Assembly: GCA_964016885.1 (NCBI GenBank)
Contig: OZ024743.1
Coordinates: 365,242,001 to 365,306,000, forward strand
Source: Eledone cirrhosa
Taxonomy: Eukaryota
Length of the DNA stretch: 64,000 bases
Direction: 5' to 3'
The position numbers and the translations under genes are program-made. Within the stretch, counting starts at the first letter, position 1. Each line of letters begins with the position of its first letter. A model generated the notes under the pieces. It saw only the letters and a program-made list of their open reading frames with translations. It was not told the origin of the DNA and searched no databases. Positions 36,328 through 50,199 of this stretch are shown here, in pieces.

Positions 36328-39300
36328 GGCGACCTACGTAGTAAATCGTATTATCCTGAGCTCCGCAAAGGTTTGTTATTTTCAGTTGTTTAAAATTGCC
36401 ATTTATGGAAATGTTTTATTGTTAACTGTATATAAGTGTACATACATTGTTTTCTGAAAAGGACACTCAAAAAGATGGGGGCCTTAGAGCCCAAAATTTA
36501 AACTTTTATAATTATCAAACAAAAGTTTTTCTTTGAAAAAAATCATCACAAACTAACACCTCACACCGACACCACCATTGTAAATATTACTACGTTTGCC
36601 AACACTAAAAATATAAGCAGTAGCAATATTTTAAATTTGTCTCAGGCAGACATTCATTTCCCGCCATTACCAATGACTGCAGGTGTTGAAGCCGCCACCC
36701 CACCACCACAGCGACAACAGAAACAAAAGAAAAAAATAAATTATCTCGTGATATCGAAATGAATTCACCCAACTGACGCCACCACCACCACAACAGAAAC
36801 TAAAATTAACAATAACAAAAATAACGATAACAACAGCAACAATGAAATTAAGAAAACCACCCTGTCTTTTGCCAGAGTAGCAAAAAAGTGCGAAGTATTC
36901 CAGGTAACTCAGGAGGAATTAGAAGAAGCCAAAAGAATGGTAAAGAAAGATGGGTACAGGGTCAGCCTCACCCCCCCCCCCCACACACCTAATAAAATGG
37001 AGCATCGGCGCCTATGCACCGTGTCTTATCGGACGATTAACATAAAATCGCGCCGAGTGGAACGGGCATCCGAGTCCCAAATCCCAAAGGCTTTGGGACA
37101 TGTGTGGGCAAAAAAACCCCACATCAGACGTGGGCAGAAATATGGAACCGTGGACGTGTTCTTTGAAACACCACAGGAGACCAGAGAACACTCCATGGCC
37201 CCATTAAGAAGTGACGACTTCACACTCGTCCCAAGCTATTGTGGCCAGAGACTCGTGAAGATCAGAGTGGCCCACGTTCCACCGGCCATCGAAATTCCCT
37301 GGCTAATGGCTGCCGTCCTCGCCGGCATCGAAGCCAACACCAAGATAATCGAAATAGCGAAAGAAAACCAGGAGATCTGGGATGGAGCTCCTGATCCAAG
37401 CGGACCAAAAAAGCATTGAGGAGATCCCAGAGGTAATAGACCTCACTGACGGCAGCCACCTCACCGTAATCGTCGAGGGCAGAAGGCCTAGGTGTGTTGT
37501 TTGTGGTGAAGGAACCCACCTAAGGGCTTTCTGCCCTCAGGCTAAAAGTTTGAGACCACCTCTCTTACCCACCCCAGTGACTCAACCATCAACACCACAA
37601 GCAGCAGAAATGGCAGCAACAACTGTAGCCTCAACAAAAGAAGCAACTGTAACAACAACAACCCCAGCAACAGTAGCAAAACCAACACCACCACCACCCA
37701 ACGCGCCAGAACTAGCACCAACGCCTACACCATCCACCACGCCACAACCAAAACCAACGCCTGTGGAGGATTTTCCACTCCCCGACCTATCGCAACTGGA
37801 GACAGATTGTGACGACGAGGAGTGGGAAACGGTATCAGGAAAAAAGAAAAAAAAGAAAAAGAAACCAAAAAAGAAAAAATCCCTCCAAAAACAAAATACA
37901 GAGGGAAACAAATAAACTATCAAACAAAAAAGTTAGGACAGATATGCCACCATCCACACCAGCATCACCAACCCCATCACCACAAACACCAACACCATCA
38001 CCATCATTAACCCCAACACCACCATCACCAACAACACAGAAGTCACCAAAAAGCGAAACAGAAACAAACCCACAACAAACGCAAACAAAAAACAAAATAA
38101 CCAAAACGATACACACTACACAGCATTAAATTTGAACAACAACCAATTATTACACTACATCCAACACAACATCAGCATCACAGAAAAAGACTACACAACA
38201 ACCCAAAAGTTCACACCACCTCCACACATACAAATCATTCGCATCACACAGAAAACGTACACGACACTAAAACAAAAATTCCCCAAAGACATCGGAGACT
38301 TCCGACAAGCACTCTCCAGGAGGATTTATAAGGACATCCTTCCGGAGAAGGCCACAAGCAGTGAAAAGGATGGAGAAACCATCCTTCCTCTACGAGGAGT
38401 AAGGTAAGTGGTCTTTCCCATCTTTTCAACTCCATTTCAACATGACCTCACTCAAAACAGGCAGCATAAATGCGCGTGGCTTGGGGTCGTCATGGAAGCA
38501 GGGCCAACTGCTCACCGACCTCAGGTCACTAAACATCAGCGAGACCAGAATCTCCGAAGCACGGGCCTTCGCACCGATCTTCGGCGGCTACGATGTGTAC
38601 GCATCTCCCAGCCGTCCTGGATCGGGGGGAGGAGTTGCTGTGCTTTTTCGGAGAGGTTTGGATCTCGCCATACGGGCCATCTTCCTGGACCCAGAAGGTA
38701 AGTTGGTGGTGCTGGACGTGACCAGCGGAGACGGGCAAGCTTTCAGGCTAGTGGCCGTCTATGCCCCAGCAGGAGCAGGGCGGCTTGATGTCTTCCGGCG
38801 TCGGGAGACCTTTCTTGTAACGTCCCGCTCTTTAGTGTTAGTGGGCGACTGGAACGGGATCTTAGATGCACGCTGGGACTGTGTGGGATTAGCGGATAGG
38901 AGAGGAGGGTGCAAGAGCCTTACCAACCAGCTCAGGCGTTTAGAACTGTCTGACAGGTACCGATTGGATTTTCCGAATGTGCCAATGTGGACTTGGACAA
39001 ATCGCATACGGTCATCCAATCATATCTAGATAGAGTACTTTGTAGGGAAATAGATAGGTCTAGCATAGGCTGTCTACAATTCAAGATAGTCAGCTACACG
39101 GACTAAAATTTCGTGATCTGTGTGCTTGACTTAGATAGGCTTCATAGACGAGGACGCGGCTACTGGAAGCTAAACGCGTCCTTACCAGCGCGCAAGGCCT
39201 ACAGAGACCGGATTAGCGAATTAGTTAAGCGGGCGTTGAGAGGGGGCCATCGTCAACAACAAGTGGTGGTTTGCTCTGAAAAGAGCGATTAGAATAGAGT

Positions 39301-41418
39301 CCATTAGGTTTAGTAAGGCTTTAGCAATAGAGAAAAATAGAGCAGAGGGAGAACTAGTTAGAAAATTAGACGAGGCGCTTAGCAAAGGCATTGCGACCGA
39401 CGTGCTTGCGGCGAAATTGGCCCTTGACCAATTCTTCAATGCAAAGCACGAAGGCTGCGTTGTCAGAGCTAGGGTGCGTGCTCTCAGACACGAGGGGACG
39501 AAAGCCGTTCAATGGGCCCGAGTGGCGGAGGCGCGTCGTGGAAACAAAGCCACGATCCGGTCTTTGGTGGACCACGACGGGCGCATGCTACTCGATCCCG
39601 GGCAAATGTGTGAAGCTTTTCAGCGACACTTCGCACAGCTGTTCGGGGGCAGCGGCGGGCCGGATCGAGGGATGGACTTTAGTGTCTACTTCGACCGACT
39701 GCCGCGGCTCTCGGCCACTGAGGCGGAGTGTTGCGAAAAGCCGATAACAGCCGCTGAAGTACGGGAGGCAATGACTGGCTGCACAAGGGGTAAATCGCCT
39801 GGTTTGGATGGTCTGCCCTATGAACTTTACGTACAGATGCCAGACTTGTTCGGAGGCCTCTTAGCGGACGTCTACTGCAACTGGCAACAGAACGGGAGAA
39901 TTCCCAGCTCCGTGAGCCGAGGAGCTGTGGCGCTGCTGAGAAAGGATCCGAAGAAGGGGGATAACATAGATAATTTCAGGCCCATAACTCTGCTAAACAC
40001 AGTTCAAGATTTTGGCCAAGCTGCTAGCAAAGAGGTTGTCGCTTATCGTTGGTGGTCTGGTGGGAGAGGCGCAGACATGCGCCATTCCCGACAGATCCAT
40101 CCACGACAACCTCTACCTCATGCGATACATCGTAGAGAGGGTAGCTAGGGAACCTGGCACGGGTGGGTCCTTGATCAATTTAGATCAGTCGAAAGCTTTC
40201 GATAGGGTCGAACATCGTTACCTAGCGGCAGTCCTGAGGGCGGCTTGCTTTGGGCCCGTCTTCAGAGGCTGGATCGCTGCCATGCACAGCGATATCTGCT
40301 CTGTGGTGAGAGTGAACGGTCACCTTTCAGGCTACGACATCTCCACTTCTTCCTCGACGGTGATCAGGTGTGGTCGCCGTTTGCTAGACGCGTCTTTCCC
40401 CAGCTCGTCTCCTTGACGGAGCTGCAGTCCTGGGTCAAGCGAAGACCGAGAGGGAGCGCTTGGAGACTGGAATGTCTTCAGGCGCTCACAGCCCTCGACC
40501 AATCGGGCAATGTGATCGGTGGAAACTCCACCTTGACGTTCTATAGAGGATTAGTGGACGGGAAGAGTGACGACGTACTTGGAGAAACTCTAGGCGTCGA
40601 CGAAAATCAACTAGCCAATCTCTTCGGAAGAACTTTCAGGCCGGGGCCTATGGACAACTTCCAGAAATCCCTGGCCTAGCAGTGCTACCGAGGAGCTTTG
40701 CCAGTTTGGGATAAACTCTACAGGCATGAGGTGCCGTCAACCGGGCATGTCCGAGATGCGCGCAGAGCGACGAAACCGTCCTGCACGCACTCGTCCAGTG
40801 TCCGAGCATTGCTGACTTGTGGATTTATGTCGAACACCTGCTGTCACGTGTAGGACGGATCTAGCTATCAGCTGAATTCATCGTGAGGATTGCTCTGCCC
40901 CCTTCCTTTAGCCGGGAAGGGCAAGCAGTTTTTATCTGTCTGGTGGCCATGGCGAAAGAGATAGTATGGTGGACACGTTTGAAAGGGCTGAAGACGAGCA
41001 CTTACCTCTTCGGTGATGCCTTGATTAACTTTTTCAAATTTCATTTGAAAAGGAAAATCAGGGTAGAGAGGGAAGTGCTCTCTTCCCAGCATTTTGTTGA
41101 AAGATGGGTGAGAGAAGCAAGTATGGCCCGAGTGAATGGGCTTACTCTGAGTATGTGTCTGTAAATTAAAGGTGGAAAACTGGGAGAGGGCACTTGCCCT
41201 GGTGGTCAGGGTCACTGTGGCCTTTTAATGGGCTTTCTCCACAAATGTTGATCGGAAGTCTCACCCCTATTGTGGAATTTTTCATTTTTATTTTTTTGTT
41301 ACATCCTTTGTTTTTTTTTGTTTTTTACACGCAGAAATGCCAATTTGTACCGCCCCGTATTGTCCTGTACTGCCCTTAATGTCTACTTTATGTAAACTCT
41401 TGTGTTTAATAAAGAAAG

Positions 41419-41420
<2 letters not shown>
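36328..41420 (+). mobile_element. Near full-length Tx1/L1-type LINE (ORF1 with CCHC; ORF2 APE-RT-zinc knuckle) with ~0.7 kb RT deletion at ~40330
   Basis: ORF1 RPRCVVCGEGTHLRAFCP; ORF2 starts at 38442 (INARGL, VAVYAP, GDWN, SPGLDGLP, DQSKAFDRV). AATAAA at ~41408, then (TTA)n. YADD segment missing relative to the sibling. Confidence 0.92.
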
Positions 41421-41451
<31 letters not shown>

Positions 41452-41472
41452 CATTATTATTATTATTGTTAT

Positions 41473-42305
41473 TCCTTGAATCTCAGTCATTGATGTTGGT
41501 TAACTGGAAAGTCCGTTGGATTGAATATCAAGCCACTACCTGCAGCCTCAGATATTCAGGACGTATCGGAGGGTTCTTGCTGTTCCAAGCAAGCATGCCT
41601 TTTGAAGCGTTCCAAAAAGCGTGAAGGGGCCGATTTTCTTTAACCATCCCTGGAAACTTTTGGAGATAGTCCCCAGTGCGCCTGTGACAATCGGGATCAC
41701 TTTGACTTCATGGCAGTTCCAAATCCTTTTCACCTCCCACTTTAGGTCCTGGTATCGGTTAATTTTCTCCCTCTCCTTCTCTTGCACTCTCGTGTCGAAC
41801 GGGCAGGCCACATCCACAATCAGGCACGATCTTTTTTCTTTGTCCACAACCACCAGGTCAGGTCTATTGTGTTCCAGTTTTTTGTCCGTCTGTATCCTAA
41901 AATCCCACAGCACCTTCACCTGATTGTTCTCCATCACCGCCTCTGGCCTATGCTCATACCATTTCTCAGAATGTGGTAGATTGTTTACTTTGCACAGGTG
42001 CCAGTGGATCACCCTGCCCATCACATCGTGTCTCCAGCCCTTATAGTGGGTCTGGGCTAGGTGTTTACACTCGGACACAATGTGAGCCACAGTCTCCTCT
42101 CTCTCTCCACAGATCCTGCACAGTGGGCTGGCCTCCTCCTTGTAGATATGGTGCTTCAACCACTTCGTTTTGAGGGCCTGCTCTTGCGCAGCCATTAGCA
42201 TTCCTTCTGTAGCCTTTTTGAGGTCTCCTCTTCTCAACCAGTTCCATGTCTGTGGATCTCTAAATTCAGTTTTCTCAAAGAAGGTACTATGAAGGGGTTT
42301 TCCCT
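41473..42305 (-). mobile_element. R4/Dong-type RLE LINE 3' fragment
   Basis: ORF 41548-42237: CRIC..ETVAHIVSEC, RHD, RPDLVV..DVACP..EKINRY. (ATT)n on both sides. Confidence 0.88.
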
Positions 42306-42326
42306 TAAGGCTGCTCTTCCTCCTTG

Positions 42327-42380
<54 letters not shown>

Positions 42381-42395
42381 ATTATTAATATTATT

Positions 42396-45300
42396 GGTCT
42401 GTTCGGACGTCCTTTTGGTTCGCTCCCAGTAGGTCGCTTTATTTGCCTGTTAAAATTATTTGTTGTTAAATATTTCTTGTTGTGTAAGGGATATAAGCCC
42501 TTAGACTTTGCCCTGTGAAGGGGAAAGTATAATATTTGGACCTTTTGGCCCAAATATTTGAACTTTTTTTTACATGTTAAAAAATTTACGGAGAAAAAAA
42601 AACATGGCTGAGCCACGCCCCCAGCGATATGTCTGCTGTCGTGCGACAACGACGTAGAACTTGAGAGGAGCGCTACAGCGAAATTAACAGACATTGATAA
42701 CACAAACACCACCACAAATAATGTAAACAAAGACACCAATGATACCAAGGAGAACTCTAATTTTGAAAAAAATGACATTAACAGCGACAACGAAAATACA
42801 GATAACAAAAAAAAAATAATAACAAATGCAACAACAATATCAACACCACTAACATGAAAACAAATAGCGACAACACCAACAGCAACAATACCAACTGCAC
42901 CGAGAACAACGGCGGCACCAAAGACAACAATGATAACAGCGACAGTGATAACAACAACACCAACAAGAACAACGACAACGACAACAACACCCCCAACGAA
43001 ACAAGAAGAACACTTTCGCTGCGGCAGCAGCAAAAAAGAGGCCATGCTTCAACATGGACCTCTCAAACAAAGATGAAAAGTTGGCTCAGGCCTGGAAGCT
43101 CATCAAGCAAGAGCAAACCTGGGCCAACTTAACTGTCCCGGTAGAAGCTATTGAGGCAGTGGAGCGCAGAACGGTGCATTATAGATGCATCTCAGCACAA
43201 ACCAAAGGGCAGCTTTAATCCCACAAGAAGAGGTCGAAGTCGCGCTGAGGTGCATCAGAGAAGACACTGAATATATAGAGAGGGGCAGACAGTACGGCAC
43301 CATTTCGGTGTTGTTCAAGTCAGAAGCCCTCGCTATGAAACACGCTATGACTCCTTGCAAAACCAGCAAGGTCATAATGTACCCCTCCCACATGGGAAAA
43401 AGAACGGTCCGTCTCCGCATTCCCAGAATCCCACCAGGACTTGACATGTGGTGGCTTCTGGGATGTGTGATTGTGGAGGGGACGGATACCGTCCCTATAG
43501 AAGTGACCAGAACGGCCAGAGAGGACTGGTCCGGGGTTCACCTGGAGATCCTTCTCCAGATCAGGCCCGAGAATGTGAAGACAATCCCGGACCACATCCG
43601 CCTTCAGATTGGGACGGTCATTCACATTATGACCGAAGGCAAAAGGCCGCAGTGTTTTGTTTGTGGGGAAAAAACCCAATTGCGAGCCTTCTGCCCTCAA
43701 CTGCTGAAAGAGACAAGGGGTCGAAAGGCTCCACTGCTGCCGACGCCGGGGCGAGGACCACAACCAACACCAGCACCGGCAAAACCACCAACAACAACAC
43801 CAATAGAAAGACCACCACCAATATTGACCACCCAGGGGGGAACGAGGAAAGCGGTCAAATTCCCCCTCCCCGCAAAAATACACACACCAATAAAACCATA
43901 AACATACATACAGACACACTTACAGACCCCCTCATCTACCAATAGTGAAGATGAGGGAAAACCCAAATCCCCCAAAATACAAAAAAGGAAACACAAAAAG
44001 AAAAAGAAAACTCAACAAGGCACAAAATCACCCACAATAAAAAACGCAGACACCACCCACGCAAACATCTCTCCAATAACACCAACATCAACACCACCAT
44101 CACCATCACCAGAATCCCCCAAACGCAAACAACCTAAACAGACGCAAGAACAAATATACACACAAACATCCAAAACATACAAAACTTCGGGCTCGTCAGG
44201 AGGGCCAACAAGGAACTGATAGCCCTCGTAGCACGAATTGAAAATATACAAAAAGAGGGGGAAATTTTTAAATCGAGCACATTTCGCGTGCCGGAAGATT
44301 TGGTTCTGGTGCGAATGTCGATCGAATTATACAAAGAAATAAGAGACAGCTTTCCTCGGGACGTGGGAACCCCGAACGTAAAACCAACTTCAAGACTTTT
44401 AAAGGGGTTCCCAAAAGAAACCCTACCAACTATGGAGGTCGAACAACCCGACCTTCACAAGAGCCCGGAAGGTAAGTAAACCTTTCCTCTCTCTCTTTTT
44501 AACCTGCCAATATGGCCGTATTAAGAGTAGGATGTTTAAATGTTCGAGGTCTGGAATCGTCCTGGAAGCAGGGTCACCTGCTCAATGACCTCAGGTCTCT
44601 AGAAATGGATGTAATTGCCGTCAGCGAGACCAGGATTTCCGACACACGCGCACTAGCCCCCATTTTCGACGACTATCAGATCTTTGCATCTGTTAGCCGG
44701 CCAGGAATGGGAGGCGGGGTGGCAGTGCTGTTTAGGAAAGGCCTGGATCTCGAGGTAAGGTCGATCTTCCGGGACCCGGACGGGAAGTTGGTGGTCCTGA
44801 ACGTGAACAATAACGAAGGTGGTGCCTTTAGACTTGTGGCCGTCTATGCTCCTACTGGGGCAGGACGGCCGGACTTCTTTAGACGCCTGGAAGCCTTTCT
44901 GGGCACGTCTCGCCCTTTACTGTTAGCGGGGGACTGGAACGGCATCTTAGACGCACGCTGGGACTGTGTGGGAGTATCCGATAGGAGCGTGGGGTGCAAA
45001 AGCCTCAATAACCTGATCAGACAGTTCCAACTGTCTGACAGGTACCGACTAGATTTCCCTAATGCGCCAGTGTGGACCTGGGCTAACCGCATAGGGTCAT
45101 CTAGATCGTATATAGACAGGATATTAATTAGGAAAATAGACGGAAATAGTGTAAGCTGTCCACGTTTTGAAAGGGTCGCCTATTCAGATCACAAGTTTGA
45201 GATCTGTATGGTCGACCTAGATAAGACGCGTAGGTTAGGACCTGGTTACTGGAAGCTAAACATGTCATTCCGGCACGTAAGGCTTACAGGGACCAGGTCA

Positions 45301-47878
45301 ACAATTTAGTTAAGAAAAAGTTGACAGGGGGAGTCGTCAACAATAGATGGTGGGGGGCTCTCAAAAGAGAGATTAGAGTAATGTCGATAGAGTTTAGCAA
45401 AGAAGTAGCGTTAGAGAAAAATAGAAAGGAGGGGGAGTTGGTAGATAAGTTAGACGAGGCTATTGGTAATGGCATTGCAACTGACGTGCAAGAATGGCAT
45501 TAGACCATTTCTTCAATGCGAAACACGAAGGTTGCATTGTCAGAGTTAAGGCGCGTGCTCCGAGAAACGAGGGAACCAAAGCTGTTCGATGGGCCCGCGT
45601 GGCGGAGGCGCAGCGTGGTAATAAAACCACGATTCGGTCTTTGACGGACCGAGACGGTCACGAGCTGAGCGATTCCAAGCGGATGTGTGAGGCCTTTCGC
45701 CAACATTTTGCTCGGTTGTTCGGGGGAAGTGGCGGGTCAGAGATGGTGGCGGACTTCGGTCCCTACCTCGAAGGCTTGCCGCAACTCTCGACGGCTGACA
45801 CTGGGCGCTGCGAAAGGCCAATTACTTCAGCCGAGATTCAGGATGCACTTGTCGGCTGCATGAGGCGCAAGTCATCCGGTTTGGATGGTCTGCCCTACGA
45901 GATTTACGTAAATATGCCAGACTTGTTCTCCAATCTCCTCGAAGCCCTCTACTGCAACTGGCAGCAAAACGGGAGTATTCCCAGTTCTGTGAGCCGGGGC
46001 GTAGTGACGCTAATAAGGAAAGACGAGAACAAGAGGGACACATTAGACAATTTCAGGTCCATAACTCTGCTCAACACAGAGTTTAAGATTTTGGCCAGGG
46101 TGTTAGCGAAGAGGTTGGCGCTTGTCGTCGGGGATATGTTTGGGGAGGCGCAAACTTGCGCAATCCCAACCAGGTCCATACACGACAATCTCCACCTAAT
46201 GAGATACATCATAGAGAGGGTAGGGTGTAAACCTGGTTCGGTGGGGCTCTGATCAATTTAGATCAATCGAAAGCATTCGATAGGGTCGACCATCGGTACC
46301 TGGAGGCTATACTCAAGGCGGCTGGCTTCGGCCCCGTCTTCAGAAGCTGGATCGCTGCAATGCACAGCGGCACCTGCTCGATGGTCAAAATTAATGGCCA
46401 CCTCTCGGAACCGTTTCAGGTCTCCCGATCGGTCCGTCAAGGGTGCCCTCTCTCCTCCATTCTGTACGTATTGACTCTCGAACCTTTACTGCGGAAGCTG
46501 GAGCTGTTGCAGGGCATCCCGCTCGAACCGGGACGCGGAAAGGCTGTGTCGGCTTATGCGGACGACATCACCGTGATGGTGTCGGACACCTCAGAAATCG
46601 AGGTGGTCGGCAACTTATTGGAGGAATATGAAAGGTTGACGGGAGCAAAACTTAACCCGGAAAAGTCGGTGGGCTTGCAACTCGGCACCTGGAGAGGCAG
46701 GTCCATGCCGTCCAACAGCGTCGTTAGGCGCTGGACGGACGGACCGGTAAAGTTGCTAGGGGTTTGGTTCAGGCCAGACCTCCAGGTGGATAAGAATTGG
46801 GACGAGGTGACGGGCAGGGTAGCAAGCCTCACCCAGAAATGGGCTGGAATGAAGCTATCACTGAAAGGTCAACGGAGGTGGCGAACGCGTACATCGCGTC
46901 CGTCATCTACTACCGTATGACCGTCGTCCCTTGCCCCCGTTCGCACCTCGCCATCTTGGAGCGGCTCATCTTCAAATTCTTGTGGAGGGGTCAGGTTCCG
47001 TTGGTGAGGCGGTCCATCTGCTGCCAACACCCTCTACGTGGAGGGCTGGGCATGCCGTGGCTAATGATGCGCAGACACGCACTGAGGCTGCGGCATCTCC
47101 AGATATTCTGCCTAAACGGTGAACAGGTGTGGTCGCCGTTTGTCAGACGGGCCTTTCCGCAGCTCGTTTCTTTGATTGAGCTGCAGTCCTGGGTCAAGAA
47201 GAGACCGAGACTGGGTGACTGGCATCTGGAATGTTGCCAGGCACTCACTGCCCTCTACCAGGCGGGAAATGCGGTCAGTGGAACTTCCACCCTCGAGTTC
47301 TATAGAGGATTAGTGGTGGGAAAGTGCGACGACAGACACGGAGAGGCTCTGGGAGTCAACGAAGTCGAACTAACGAGTCTGTACCGGAGGACTTTCGAGC
47401 CGGGGACGATGGATAATTTCAAAAAATCCCTCGCTTGGCAGTGTTACCGGGGGGCACTGCCGGTTCGAGATAAATTCTCTGAAAGAGACAAGGGGTCGAA
47501 AGGCTCCACTGCTGCCGACGCCGGGGCGAGGACCACAACCAACACCAGCACCGGCAAAACCACCAACAACAACACCAATAGAAAGACCACCACCAATATT
47601 GACCACCCAGGGGGGAACGAGGAAAGCGGTCAAATTCCCCCTCCCCGCAAAAATACACACACCAATAAAACCATAAACATACATACAGACACACTTACAG
47701 ACCCCTCATCTACCAATAGTGAAGATGAGGGAAAACCCAAATCCCCCAAAATACAAAAAAGGAAACACAAAAAGAAAAAGAAAACTCAACAAGGCACAAA
47801 ATCACCCACAATAAAAAACGCAGACACCACCCACGCAAACATCTCTCCAATAACACCAACATCAACACCACCATCACC
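42396..47878 (+). mobile_element. Tx1/L1-type LINE (ORF1 ~42604-44479, ORF2 from 44512), frameshifted, 3' end replaced by an ORF1 duplicate
   Basis: RPQCFVCGEKTQLRAFCP; APE motifs LNVRGL/GDWN/IDR/SDH; RT motifs SVRQGCPLS and AYADDI. Confidence 0.93.
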
Positions 47879-48196
47879 TCCGTCTTGTCCCGTCTATTGA
47901 AGAACTTATCGAAAGGAATCGTTGTCCAGAATATAATTCCTCTTATCTGATGCATCTCTACCTATTCTTAGAAAATGTAGAAATCTCAAAAGCAGAAAAT
48001 GACTCATGTAAACACAGTCGATTGCTATAAATAATACCTTAGGAAATCGGGTAAAAAGTCCCGAGCTGCCATTACGAAGAATCGAACATCATTCCTCTCA
48101 AATTTCGGCTGAACGCTTTGTACCACTGAGCTTCGATATATTTATATATATATATGAGACCCTATATACATTTATACAAAGATGTGTTATGTAATT

Positions 48197-48688
48197 AGAG
48201 TTGTCTCGATTAATCGGTAGATAATCGATATCGGCCATATCAGCTACTTTGCCGATTGATCGTAATCAGTTTAATCAGTTTTGATAATCGATCATTATTG
48301 TTCTATTATTTTTATTGATAGGCAGATATGCGGGAGGAAGAAAACCATAGGTGACAGAGAAATTGGGAAAATGTATTTGATTCAATATCTAGAAATACAC
48401 AAGAAACATATAATGTAAAAACATCAAATTTTCTCCATTTTTAGAGCATAGCCATTTTCTAGCTGCCTAATGTTGGCAACATGCTCTTAATCAATAGTTC
48501 AATAATAATATTTATATATAGAATATTATAATATATTACTTACAATTATTATATTGTGCATTTTCATATCACAATACATAATTATGATATTGATAATCGT
48601 TGGTCGTTTAATTGGTATCAGTCGATTAATCAAGGTCGACTAATCAACAATCGATAATCGGCCAATTTGTTTATCGGTACCTCCTTAT
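48197..48688. mobile_element. Possible old MITE (hAT-like) with subterminal ATCGG/CCGAT/ATCGAT motif clusters
   Basis: Imperfect termini TAGAGTTGTCTCGAT and ATCGGTACCTCCTTA; AT-rich middle; no clear TSD. Confidence 0.4.
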
Positions 48689-48726
48689 AATTAGTTTAGT
48701 GTTTGCATCACAGAGTAAACAAAACT

Positions 48727-48858
<132 letters not shown>

Positions 48859-49302
48859 CTAAAGGCACCTAAAGACCGGGTGTTGTTAAATCACGAGACG
48901 CAATTAATTTACCAGCCAAGAACAATAACTCCGATGGCCTTCAACAGCTTTCATAATCGAAATTTCATTTACAAGCATTTGATCGATCCGAAACTATGAC
49001 AGGTACAGCGGTGAATCTGAAACCATGAACAATGCCATTTGTTGTTGAATATTATTTTTAAAATATTATGTCTTGTACTGGTTCCAGCCAGTAAACACCG
49101 CCCATGCTGGAGCACCACCATGAATACTGCTGCAGCTTCTGTTTTGTTTCGTTTTGGAATTATTGAATAAGAAAATTGGATGTTGTTGCACTCATTTATA
49201 ACTTTGATAACTTTGATAGGTTTCGGCCAGTATTGGCCCAGGCCATATCTAACTTAATAGCACCGTCTTATATTAAGTTTATATGGATTCATCGCGGATT
49301 AA

Positions 49303-49465
49303 TAATTGTTTCTACTTTTGGCACAAGGCCAGCAATTATCATCAGTGCATTACTGGTACCTTATTTTATCAACCCCCGTAAGGATGAAAGGAAAAGTTAA
49401 CCTCGGTATTTGAAAGTAACGTAAAGGGTCGTAACTCTATGCTGAAAAGCATGGTGCCTGACCCT
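49303..49465 (-). mobile_element. SINE copy
   Basis: GGCACAAGGCCAGCAATT..GGATGAAAGGAAAAGTTAACCTCGG. Confidence 0.75.
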
Positions 49466-50092
49466 ATGTTAGAAAGTGATGACATCTACCCCGTGTATAT
49501 TCTCTATTTCTTTCGTAATGTTAACTTTTTCGTCGCACTCTCTTTGACCTGATCATTGATACATTCCCACTGTAGTGGATCAGGTTACAATCAGTGCAAC
49601 GACAATTTCGACACCACAAAATAGGTAGAAGGTAAGTACATATAACAGTTTTTACGGGCGTGCTTTTTAAATGTTTAAAATGCCTCTTCTCCACTGAAAT
49701 TACCTATGTTTTAACATAACTTCAGTCACTTGCTACACAACTACAACTTCATTATCCTTTATTAAGAGCGGTAGTCTTTTCAACCTGAAGCTATATCATT
49801 TACTTCTAGTTCAGGACTAAGATAGAGTTATTCTTGGTACTATGCACCAGTGTCCGGTTTAGAGTTCTTATCATTTTATTTCTATTTTTTTACAAAGATG
49901 AATTTATGTTAAGAAAATTACGAAGGCCAAATAAAGCTGTGTATTTCCTTCCAATTTTGCAATTGAGTTGGGGGATGAATGTTGTGTTTAAGAACAAGGC
50001 TTTAGAAGTTTAGAAACCCTATCAAGTTCCACAGCATTGTACCATAAACACATCATTGCGTTTATCAACAGATAAATTGTAAGTTATGTATA

Positions 50093-50199
<107 letters not shown>

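Noticed and set aside
42305-43132. Hydrophobic 246-aa ORF resembling a membrane protein
   Set aside because: It is the antisense of the Asn/Thr-rich low-complexity start of LINE ORF1.
49577-49637. Possible host micro-exon (TAG..AG|GTAAGT)
   Set aside because: Short, with no recognisable protein and no partner exons; consistent with chance.
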